Shown: positions 13,031-24,497 of the stretch, piece after piece
Layout of the letters: each line of letters begins with the position of its first letter
Position numbering within the stretch: the first letter of the stretch is position 1
From: Basidiobolus meristosporus CBS 931.73
Lineage: Eukaryota; Fungi; Basidiobolomycota
Length of the DNA stretch: 56,733 bases
Direction: 5' to 3'
Assembly (NCBI GenBank): GCA_002104905.1
Contig: MCFE01000575.1
Span: 1 to 56,733, forward strand
Notes under the pieces: generated by a model
Told to the model about the DNA's origin: nothing
What the model saw: the letters and a program-made list of their open reading frames with translations, nothing else
Database searches by the model: none
Translations under genes and position numbers: made by a program

Positions 13031-14940
13031 TTTGGTGGTGTACAAGTCCAAAGGAGAGATACGTCTAACACTTCTCAAGTGTTTTGTGTGTGGGGTGTTC
13101 ATTGGGTGCAATAACCTCTGGCAAAAGCTTGCTAGGAATACTTGGGTTCTGTCTCTAATCTAATGTGAAGGGGAATAAAGCCACAAGCTTGTCAAAGGAA
13201 AACTACTGAGCTACAATCCCCAACTTAGTTGGCATCTTAACAAAAGTATGTGCTGGGTTCAGCATCCTTTGAGATGATAATGTACTAAAGCTTCCAAAGT
13301 CAAAACAACTGTAAACTCCAACAGCAGGGACTTGATAAGAATGCAGCTGTGGTCAATAGTTACAAAGACAGAAAAGTATCTTTACCTGTACAAGAACAAA
13401 CTTGGGAAAGAATCAAATATAATAAAAGATACCTACTCTGAGTATTCCTCACAAGTAGTGCCTCCAAGGTCAGTTGGCTGTCAGCACGGTTTCCTGGGAG
13501 TGTCCTGTGGTCTAGGGTTGGAAGTTCAGGTAGCAGCAGGTAGCAGTGATCACACTAATCAACTATTCAGTATATTGATAAAAGGGATGATGATTTATTG
13601 CTGAGGGATAGCCTCCCGTTATACTTTTCTTACTGGCTAAGTGATTACTAATCATTGCGCTCCAGAAGGTTCTGGATATCAATAGAAATCTTAATGACAT
13701 CAGAATGACCCAAGAATGTTCCAAATATGTGCCAGAAGGTTCCAAGAGGCACAGCACATCCAGCCAATCAGGAATCTGTTGCAATTTAAGAAGTGATTTG
13801 GATATAGGGAACTTATCACGAAATAGTGATAATAGTTGAACTGTTGTTTATTCACAAAGAAGCTCAGTATGTATACCTTTGTAGAAGTAATACAACTGTA
13901 ACACTAAGTAGGGAGGGTTTCTCAATATTCAGGAGCATTCTGTAACAGTTTCAGGGTTAGTACATAATGTTTGGTAATAGTGCTGATTTGATCCTGACTA
14001 TAGGGGAATATTCATAAGATCATATATCTGGAGAAAGTGGCAAAGTTAGGGCAGTAAATGAGTCCTACAGTGACTAAGACTAGTCCGGAATTGTTAAGTA
14101 AATTTTTAGCTGCTGAATGATACCAAATAGTCCAATATTTCAACAGAATCAGTATTCTGAAACCTGTGTAACATAGGGATACCATATATGGTATGGAATG
14201 GTAGGGATGGTGACATGGGTTGTTCATGTGTCACTGGAACTGGTGCAGGTACTTGCCTAATATAGAAGTACTTATAGCTAGTAATCTTACATAAAGTGCG
14301 GGGTAACTTATGCAATAAGGTAAGCAGGTGTGATAATCAACTGGCTTACGGGATAGTACTGATTGGGTAAGACAAATGGGATAAAACTAAACTAAGTGTA
14401 GTAGAGATATAGGGAAGTAGAAAATAAGGGAATGAGCACATCTGTCAGTTGGTGTCACTGTCACCCCATTACATCCACCCCCCTCTCAGCTTTGAACTTG
14501 GGTCAAAGCAAACTAATCTTGATGTGCAAAATTCCTATGCTTGAATAACTTAAGTTGGTTTCCAGCAACTGGTGCTCTCAACTGGGTGTTGTCAAGCTCA
14601 GATATGTAATAACTTCCATTTCCAATCACTTTGGAAATGAGGTAGGGGCCAGTCCATTTGTTGTCAAACTTCCAACTCCATTGTTTGTCCAAGGTGGAAT
14701 CATGGTGTAATACTGGGTCTCCTAGTGATAGTGGTTTTGGTCTTGTTGGGTGTGATTTGTCAAAGGGCTCCTTGTTCTTCAGTTGTGTATCCTTAAGTTG
14801 TTCAGCTGCTCTGCTGATATTCAAGTCATGGTGATCAAGTTGCTGTGTGCAAGTTGCAAGGAGGTCTTCAGTCTGCATATTGGATCTCCAATTCAATGAG
14901 TTCCAAGTGACTGTGGTTAACTCAACTGGTAGTATACAGT
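13031..14940 (-). mobile_element. 3' fragment of a Gypsy family B element (integrase C-terminus, PPT, 3' LTR 13031-14473)
   Basis: KWTGPYLISKVIGNGSY (GPY/F motif) differs from G1; PPT GAGAGGGGGGTGGA precedes TGTAATGGGG. Confidence 0.85.
13777..14145 (-). repeat. Solo LTR of Copia family A inside a family-B LTR, 5-bp TSD GAATC
   Basis: TGTTGCAA...TTCAACA flanked by GAATC (13772-13776, 14146-14150). Confidence 0.92.
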
Positions 14941-17900
14941 CATTCCTCAGGGTCTGAAAGGCAGTCTCACAAGCTATATCCCACTTATATGTGTTGTCTT
15001 TCCTGAGGATATCAATTAAAGAGGCTGCAATGCTTGCAAAGGACTTGACAAATCTCCGGTAATAGAAAACCATTCCAAGGAATGATCTGAGTTCTGATAT
15101 GCTATGGGGCTGCTTCAGGTTCTTGATAACTTCAATCTTCGTAGGGTCTTAGGTCACTCTTGTGCTTGTCACTATGTGTCCCAGGTATTCAACAAGTACC
15201 TTGAAGAATTCACACTTGGCCAGCTTGCCATATAGCTTGTTCTCTCTTAGCTTCTTCAAGACCTTTTCAATGTGCACCACTTGATCCTCTTCTGTCTTGC
15301 TGTATATCAATATGTCATCCAGGTAGATTATCACAAACTTGTCTAAGTACTCTTGAAAGACAGTCTGCATCAGCATCATGAATGTTGCAGGGGCATTAGT
15401 GAGACAAAAACTCATGACTAAGTATTTCTAATGTCCATATCTGGTCCTGAATGCTGTCTTGAGGATAACTTCTGGCTTCACTCTAATCTGGTTGTATCCT
15501 GACATGAGGTCAATCTTGCTGAGAATAGTGGCTCCATTGAGTTGGTCCAAAAGATCATCAATCCAAGGTATGGGGTACTTATTCTTCACAGTAACTGAGT
15601 TGAGGGTTCTGTAGTCAATACACATTCTAAGAGTTCCATTCTTCTTCATCACAAAAAGAACTGATGCTCCCCAAGGTGACATGCTGGGTCTGATATATCC
15701 TTGCTCCAATAAGTGATCTATTTGTCTCTTCATCTCTTCCAACTCCAATGGACTCATTCTGTAAGGTGTCTTACTCACTGGGGGGCTATCTCCTGTGTCA
15801 ACGGCATGATCTACATCTCTGACTGGTGGTAGGCTTACAGGTTCATCTGGAAATATGTCTGAATATTCCTTCAAATGAGTCTGAGCCTTTTGGGGTACTG
15901 GTGTAGAGGAATCCTCCTATAATACTGGCATGAGGAACATCTGGGTTCCTTTTCTTGGCGCTCTACAGAACTGTGCCTTGCTAAGTTCACTTATTTTGCA
16001 CACACTGGAATTGACCAAGTTAAAATCTAGTCTGGCAGGTAATAGCTCATTGGTCTTGTTGCCCTTCTGGATCTGAGTAGCATGGGTCCTCCAGTTAATT
16101 GATGGATTACAACAAAATAACCAGATTTTCCCAAGTACAAGGTCAAACTTGCAGTTCCCAGATATATAGGCCTGTAGATCTTCTTCATAGTCATTGATCT
16201 TCATCCTTACTGGCTGAGTAATGCAGTTGAATATGTGAGAGTTCCCATCAGCTGTAGAGACTGAAGTTGATTTGGTGGGTTCTGAGCTTGTCCCAGCTTT
16301 CAAAGCAAATTGCTATGACATGTACTTGTGCAATGCCCCTGAGTCAATCATTATTTTGGCAGGTACTACATTGATTACTCCATTCAAGTATAATAGCTTT
16401 CCTGAGTTTGAGGTCATCTGGGAAAGGTATTCTTCTGTCATGTGGAAGGTGAGTTCTGATTCTTCTTTAAGCTCATCCTCCGTGTCACTTTGCTCCAGGG
16501 CATCAATATAGTTGTAGGTTCTTGACGGCTGGTGTCCATTTCTTCTCTGAGAGCAGTACTTTGCAATATGTCCCTGCTGGTGGCAATTAAAACAAAGTCC
16601 TTTCTTCTTACATTCTTCTGAGGTAGAATTCCTCTATATAGTGTCTATTTCCATTGGCACTGCTTCTGATTGTCTTCTTTCATAATGATTGTAGCATCTC
16701 TGCTTAGTCAATGTGGGCTTCCCAACTCCAAACATGGCTGAGTCATAGTCAATGGCTATCTTGATGGCTTCTTCAATAGTCTGAGATCTTTAATAATTCA
16801 CTTCCCTACAAGTTCTTTCTTTCAACCCATCAATAAAGTATTCAAATTGATTCAGAGGGTCCATTCTTTCAATTTGTCCAAGTAGACATCTATATTCATA
16901 GATGTACCCTTGGACCACTCCTTTCTGTCTGAGTGTCTTCAGCTTTCTTCTTAGTAGTGTCTGTTGGTGTGGGGGTTCAATGGCATCCTGAATTTCTGAC
17001 ACAAACTCATCCCAGGTAGAGATTGTAGAGCATCCCATCATAGTAGATGACCTGATCTTGTTGTGGTACCACTGTACAGCTGCATCTGCCAGGTAAGAGG
17101 CTGCATAATGTAACTTGCTTTCTGGAGCAATTGTTACAAGTCTTGGTATAAGAGTTGTAGAGGAATAGGGAGTTTAGCTAGTATTGTATTCACTAAAACT
17201 TGAACTGATTTTTATTGAGGTTCCAGCAGCTCCTTATATACATTTTGCCAGATCAATTGCTGACTAATTGTATTTCCTAATGTAGGTTGTGGCTGATGAC
17301 TCATTTGATTGCATCATCATCACCCAATAAGATCCTACTTAATATATCTATTTCTGTCTGATAAGGATCTGCTGATTCATTTGCTGACTAATGCTACTGA
17401 TTTCATAGATAATACTGATATACTGATAACCTAAATATATACTGATTGACTTGACTAAAAACTGATCTAACTTAAACATTCATGCGGCAGATCATAACAC
17501 AATTCCCTTAGCCTTGAAAACTTCTTCAATCTGGAAGAGCCAAGTTCCCAGGTTTTCAATGACTCTACCATGGTACCGGTTGACTTTCACACTAAAGTTG
17601 CTCTTGACAAGGTTTTGCTGGCTTTGCGCCATGTTAGTCATTCCTTGTTGTTGCTGGCTAAGGATCTGGAGTAATTGTTGCTACTGGGCCAGGATTTGCT
17701 GCATAACATTCTTCCATTCTTGATTTTTGGACATCTTGAGGGAGGCTTCTTCTTTCTTCAGGAGGGAGGTCTCTGGTTATTGCTGCTACCAATGGTACAA
17801 GTCTTGGTATAAGAGTTGTAGAGGAATAGGGAGTTTAGCTAGTGTTGTATTCACTAAAACTTGAACTGATCTTTGTTGAGGTTCCAGCAGCTCCTTATAT

Positions 17901-20581
17901 ACATTTTGCCAGATCAATTGCTGACTAATTGTATTTCCTAATGTAGGTTGTGGCTGATAACTCATTTGATTGCATCATCATCACCCAATAAGATCCTACT
18001 TAAACATCTTTCCTGTCTGATAAGGATCTGCTGATTCATTTGCTGACTAATGCTACTGATTTGATAAACAACACTGATATACTGATAACCTAAACATAAA
18101 ACTAATAGATCTGACTAAAAACTGATCTAACTTAACCATTCAAGTGGCATATCATAACACAGTGACCAACACTAGTCCAGAACTGTTTAGTAAATATTTA
18201 GCTGCTGAATGATACCAAATAGTCCAATATTTCAACACTCCCCCTCAACTAAATAATTATTCAATCATAGCTCCTCTCCAATATTCTCAAATTGTGGCCT
18301 AGGTAGTGGTTTTGTCATTATATCTGCCATCATTTTGTCAGTTGGGCAGTGGACTAATTCTACTAAGTTTTTCTGTACAGCTTCCCTGGCAAAGCTGTGT
18401 TGTACGTCTATGTGCTTAGTTCTGGCATGATCAGTAGAATTCTCAGCCAGTAAAATATATCTTTGATTATTCTTGTAAACTCATGCGGGCTTAACTGAAT
18501 TAAAACCCAAGTCTTTGAGTAATTCTTGTAGCCATATAGCCCCCTTAGTTGCTTGACAAGCAGCCAAATGTGCAGCTTCAGTTGTAGACAGGGCTATAGT
18601 TGGTTGTTTCTTGCAACCCCAAGTAATAGCGGCACCAACATAGAGAAATACATACCCAGTGGTAGCATGTATGTCCCAAAGATTACTACCCTAATCTGAG
18701 TTACTATAACTGTCAATATTTTGCCTATCAGCTGTTCAAGAGTATTGCAATACCTTATTTATGATACATGGAAGATATCTGAGATTCCCCTCAACTGCTG
18801 TAATTTAATCCAATCTAAAATTCTGCACAGCTCAACTAACAATTCCAATTGCCTCTGCAATATCTGGACATGTAGACACCATCAAGTGCATCAGGTTACC
18901 AACCATTGATTGAGGCAAGTTTTGGTCCATATTTAAGTCTTTTTCACCTAAAACTGGCTGAGATTTGCTCAGCTTGAGGTTATTCTCCATTGGGGTGGCT
19001 GCAGGCTTGCAATTTTGCATCATGCAGCATCTGAGAATGACTCTGCAGTACTTAGACTGAATCAGCAAAATATGTATTGTAGGTATGTCACGTTTGACTG
19101 CACTTCCTCAAAACTGGCTCTATTCTCCACAATCTTTCATCTCAAACTTGCTGAAGGGATCAGAGTTTGTCTGCTTATGTGCCTCCTGGTCACTGGTAGC
19201 TATTAATAGGTTGTCCTCATAAAGAACAAGGATGATCAGGCCCTTTTTGAACTGCTTCACTTATACAATGTGATTTGTGGTGATACAAATGAACCCTATC
19301 TCTTCTAGATATGTGAGAATCATTTAATACCATGCTCTAGGTGCCTGCTTAAGCTTGTACAGCTATTTCCCAAGTCTGCACACCTTATGGGGGCCCTTTG
19401 GATTGGTAAAGCCTTCTAGTTGCTCAATGTATATTGTTACTTGCAGATTCCTGTTTAGAAAGGCTGCTTTGATGTCTATTTGCTGTAGATCTAGACTATT
19501 TACAGCTGCCAGTGCTAGCACTGTCCTAATGGAGTTAAACTTGGCAATCAGAGCAAATGTTTTCTCATAGTCTAGTCTCTTTGATACGGGAATAGCCTTT
19601 AGACACCACTCTAGTCTTGTACTTATCAATGGAACCTTTTGAGGTAATCCTGAACTAGTAAACCCATCTACCTCTCATTGGCTTTCTTACATCTGGTAAA
19701 TCTACCAGTTCTCACATTTTTGCCCTGACTCATAATTGTTATTCCTCCTTCATGGCTTGTAGCCCATTGTAGCATCTGGGTTTTTCATTGCCTGTTCCAG
19801 ATTCTGAGGTTTGGCACATAAGGCAAGATAAGCTTCTTCATGATCATTGGATGTCTAACACCTGGATCCAGGGGCATATCTTATTCTGGTTGATCTCCTA
19901 ACTGGAATAATCTGCTCTAAACCGGAATGGGTGAGGTTATCATTGATATCTGGCTGAATTAGGTATATATCTTCTTCATATGTGTGGATTTCATCATCAG
20001 GCAGCCAGCCAATGATTTCAGCGGCTTTCTGGTAATAGCTTTCCTCAAATACAATGTCCCTGCTCTTGACCAGCTTCTAAATTTTGCCATCCTACACTTT
20101 ATACCCTTTGTTGTCCTTGCAACATCCAAAAAAGATCCCTTTTCTTCTCTTTGGTCTCAATTTGGAGCATTTTTTGTCAGGAATGTGATAAAAAAACATC
20201 ACTGCCAAAGATCCTGAGGTGCTGGAGACCTGGTCTTTTGCCTGCATATGCTTCAAAGGGTGTAGAGTGACATAATGCTGCTGTTGGGCATCTATTCTTG
20301 ATGTATACTATAGTAGCAACAGATTCAGCCCAAAACTTGTAGTTCACTCCCTTGTTATTTAGTACATATCTTCCAATCTCTACCATGATTCTATTTAGAT
20401 GTTATACTACTCCATTTTGCTATAGAGTATGTGGAGTATGTGGAATAGTGGTCTGGCAAAGTACAAAAATTGATGAGCTGTATTTTGCAAACTCCTTTGA
20501 GCAGTATTACCCTCTATTGTCACTTTGTAGTACCCTCAATTTAAGCACAGTTTGTGTTTCTGCCATGTTCTCAAAGTGTGT

Positions 20582-21386
20582 TGTGGTGGTGTAGAGGTAC
20601 TCCTGGGAGAAGCTACACAACGCAAGGTGTGTGAGGTGTCTGATGGGTGCAATAACCTCTGTGTTTAAACTGCTGGTGTCTTTGTCAATCTGTCACTATG
20701 GTAAAGGCTCCTGCTTCTCTAGCTTCCTGGATGCTCCAAGTGTCTTCAAAGGCCTCTGTGTGTCTTGGGCACTACCCTGAAAAGCTCCTTGATGGCAAGT
20801 CTGAGGTGCAACTGTCAAAGGTAGGTGCAGTGATCAACTGCTAAACAATAAGGGGAAAGTGTTACTGATAGAAGGGATGATTTATTGATGAGAGATTGCT
20901 TTCCCTTAAATACCTTTGCTGATTGCCAAGTGATTATTAATGACAAGGTTCTAAAAGATTATAGGAATCAGTGGAATTCTTGATGACATCACTGTGAGCT
21001 CAAAATATGCCAAGAATGTCCTGGAAGGTTCTAAAAGGCACAGCACATCCAACCAATCAGGGATCAGTAGTCTGAAACCTGTGCCACATAGAAACACCAA
21101 ATATGGTATTGAAATGGTAGGGATGGTAACACAGACCTAGGTCATGTGTTGCAGGTACTGACAATGGTACTTGCCTTATGTAGATATATATACTGATCAC
21201 AAAGCTGAAGAACTTCAGGGATAACTAATGCTAATAACTAATCAGGGTAATCATCGTATGGGGATAATACTGATAATATGGGCAAAAGAAGAATGGGATA
21301 ATACTGACAAGATAAAATGTGGATGAGTGTATCAAAATGGCAATATTAATAAACTTGTCTGTGGGAGGTATGATTACCCTACCACA
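20582..21386 (-). repeat. Solo LTR of a family-B subfamily inserted in the Copia A integrase
   Basis: TGTGGTGG...CCTACCACA; flanks GTGT and GCAT; removing it with one 4-bp copy restores the integrase frame (MEISTHFENMAET). Confidence 0.85.
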
Positions 21387-22559
21387 GCATAGATATCTCC
21401 ATGGCATCATCCTGTGTCTTGAGGAAGTATACCCATGTATATCCTGTCTTGTCATCCATTGATGTTGTAAAGTATCTCTTGCCTCCAAAGGACAGTGTTC
21501 TGATAGACCCACGTATATCCATGTGCACAGTAGCCAATAATTTGGTAGTATAAGTGCTTCTTGAGCCCATGAAACAATATCTAGCTTGTGTTGCCATATG
21601 AACATCTCTTACATATATTAAATTTGGTTGGAATTGAGTAATTCAGGCCTAAACAAGTTGATTTGTCACCATTGGCCCATTTTCCCTTCCCCAATGTGTC
21701 CTAGCCTCCTATGCCATGCCTCCCAGTTAGTTTCATCCATTGTAGCAATGTTGACATGCTGAGTACAATGATCATGCATTGTAACTTGTATATATTGTGA
21801 TCTCTAATTCCCAGAACTAATTTTTGTCCATTTTCACTCAACATCGAGCAGCTTGGCTTAGTTCATTCTCTTTCCAGTGTCCTGGCTTCTTGCAGTAGTT
21901 ACAGCCACCAGGTTTTCTTTGGTTTTGGTGCTTTTCCTTCTTTTCTGTGTGCCTTTCTGAGCTGAATAAAGTACTATCTTCAATTTTCTCTTCTTGATCA
22001 TTATGTCTGAGCTCTTCATGGAGAGGTCTTTCTTTGTCATAGTCTAAAGTCAGATTGTCTTCTCTGCTTTCAAAAGAGAGTATGAGTGGATCATTATTGT
22101 CTGGTATACTGCAAAGCAAACAGAATATCTTTTCCTCATCATTTACACCAGCTTTAATACTGTAAAGTTCTACTGCAAATGTCTCCATTCTGGTAATGGG
22201 TTGTAGCATGTCATCATCTGGCTTCTTCCTCATGTTGAAGAACTTTGTTTTAAGTAAAGCTTGCTTGATACTGACTTTTCTCTAAGAATTCCCATGCTGT
22301 TCTGGCAGTATTTGAGGCATAAATTGTCCAGTGTAGGAATGTTGCACATTGATACATACGGGATTAAAGGCTTTTCTCTTCTTCTCTTGAAGCTTCTCTA
22401 CATCTTCTGCTGTTTCTTTGGGCTCAATTTCTCTTCCTGTTACTATATCCTATAGCTTTGTTTCTCCAGGTGGATTATCATCTGATCCTCCAAAGTCTGT
22501 AGTTCTTCCCATCCAACATCTCCTTTACAGGGAAGATGTTTGTAATGTTTTATTTGCTA

Positions 22560-23330
22560 ATTGATGTTATCTTTAGAATAGATTAAGGCAAATGAGCTCT
22601 TTGCACTAATGGAGAAATCTGAAAGATTTGGCCTGGTATTAAAGAGTACTTGTCACCCAGAGTATTTCTCACAAGTTCCAGTCAATATCCATATGTATCT
22701 GTAACAATACAAGTGCAAGAACTAGACAAACTGGATATGCATTTATTCAAGTGGCCTCTGATGGTACTTCTACAATAAGTGCATTAGAACTGCTGGGAGT
22801 AATATGTGGACATTGTTGGAATATTTATCCAGAAGCAGATTGCCAATGACAACTTGATGCTTTTACAGCTTTTGTAAAAGGAGCTTGTGATGGGATTTGA
22901 GTGGCTGATGTTGCAATTTAAGAAGTGAATTGGATATCAGGAACTTATCATGTAATAGCAATAATGGCTGAACTACTGTTTACTCATAAAAAAGTTTGGT
23001 ACTTGTACCTTTGTCAAAGTATTACAGCAGTAGCACTAAGTAAGGAGAGCTTTTCAACATGCTGGAGTATTCTGTAACAGTTTCAGGGTTAGTACATAAC
23101 ACTTGGTCAGAGTGCCAACTAGATCTTGACTATAGGGAATAATCATTGTATTATAGACCTGAAGAAAGTGGCAAAGTTAGGGCTCTTAGTTCTGGAGTGA
23201 CCAAGACTATGCCACAATTGTTAAGTAAATTTTTACTTTCTGAATGATACCAAATAGCCTAATATTTTAGCACTATTGGTAACATATCCCTCTTGTTGAT
23301 TAGGAGCTGCTCAATGCACCTAACTTTAAC
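22560..23330 (+). mobile_element. CACTA-like transposase fragment carrying a Copia A LTR (22909-23272)
   Basis: 22680-22900 aligns with ~44790-45010; the LTR matches 13777-14145; no clean TSD. Confidence 0.7.
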
Positions 23331-24497
23331 AGGTACACCTCAGACCTGTCATCAAGGAGCTTTTCAGTGGAGTGCACATGATGCACAGAGGCCTTTGTAG
23401 GCACTCAGAGCACCTACAGAGGTTGAGAAGCAAGAGCTTTTACCATAGTAATACAGTGACAGTGACACCAGCAGCTTAGTCCTAGAGGTTATTGCACATG
23501 AGTTGCATAGTGTCTCCCAAGGGTACCTCTACCCCACCACACTGGCATACCTTGGGACCATCAGGAACCCAAGGCCAAGTTGAAAGCACTGTCTCTTTTC
23601 CAGGGGCATTACCCTGAACTCATAAAGCAAATGGAATTTGGGCCAGCAAGGGAATGCTAATACAGTACCTCAAGAACCGCAGAAACTCTTAAAGGCAGAA
23701 AAACTGGGGTAATGCAGCTAAAACTATCAGCTTCCTCAAGTGCGCATCACAAGCAGGGTTGGAAGCTCAAAATAAGTGGCAAAGAATCATCAGGTAGCTG
23801 GAAGAGTGCCATCAAAGGATAAGCAGCCAGAAACAGATTCACCAGTGCAGCATTTATCTGGAAAAAAATTTTGTTGCTCAAGAAAAGAAGTGCTCAGTCA
23901 AAGTAGTAGTGAAGGACCTTGCTGTGATAAAAACTAGCAGCTCCCTTGGTAGCCTGTCACAAGCTGGATTGAAAGTCTGAAACAAGCAGCAAAGAAATAT
24001 CAGGTAGCCTACAGAAAGCCAGTGAGTGACAAGCAGGCAGGAATGGATGCTATGGCAAAGCATTTATCAAGGAGAGAATGAGGTGCAATACAATAAGCCC
24101 TCAGTCAAAGTAGCAGTGACAAAATGGGCATCATTACAAGTAAAGCTAAAGGGAGAAACTCTAGCCATGCAAGAGACAGGTAAGTGTGAGAGAAAGCTGA
24201 GGTTATCACCCATTGTTGCCATCAGCCTATAACAGGTTAAATCCCATAAAAGTCAAGAAGAATAACCAACCAGAAAATGGCTTTTTCTTGAGAGTTGTAA
24301 GTACAGCCATTTGAGCTACAATCCAGTGAGGTAGAAGAGTTTAAAGACAGTGGCAATTTGTCTCCTACAGCCTTCATGTCCTCCATTGTTGGCAGAGTGG
24401 AGGTTGCAGCAACAGAGAAGGCAGTAATGTCCAGCGCTCAGACAACTATTGAATTGCCAACAGTGGAATTTTGCATTATTAATAGGAACACAAATAT

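Larger units (their letters stand above)
11555..18159 (-). mobile_element. Gypsy G1 copy with three LTRs (11555-11923, 17132-17499, 17793-18159), degenerate; TSD CAGT
   Basis: CAGT at 11551-11554 and 18160-18163; PBS TGGTAGCAGC (17782-17791, initiator-Met-like); PPT near 11924-11935; gag, RT and integrase fragments match 24956-28768. Confidence 0.9.
11261..22560 (-). mobile_element. Copia family A, degenerate, 5' LTR missing; 3' LTR split (11261-11554 and 18160-18237) by Gypsy G1
   Basis: gag (DGKNYRLW; C-x2-C-x4-H knuckle GCNYCKKPGHW), integrase (VHMDIRG, SDN, WAESVAT), RT (LIAKFNSIRTVLALAA, QQIDIKAAFL), RNase H-region remnants; PPT GAGGGGGAG next to the LTR at 18238; stops and frameshifts. 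Confidence 0.85.
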
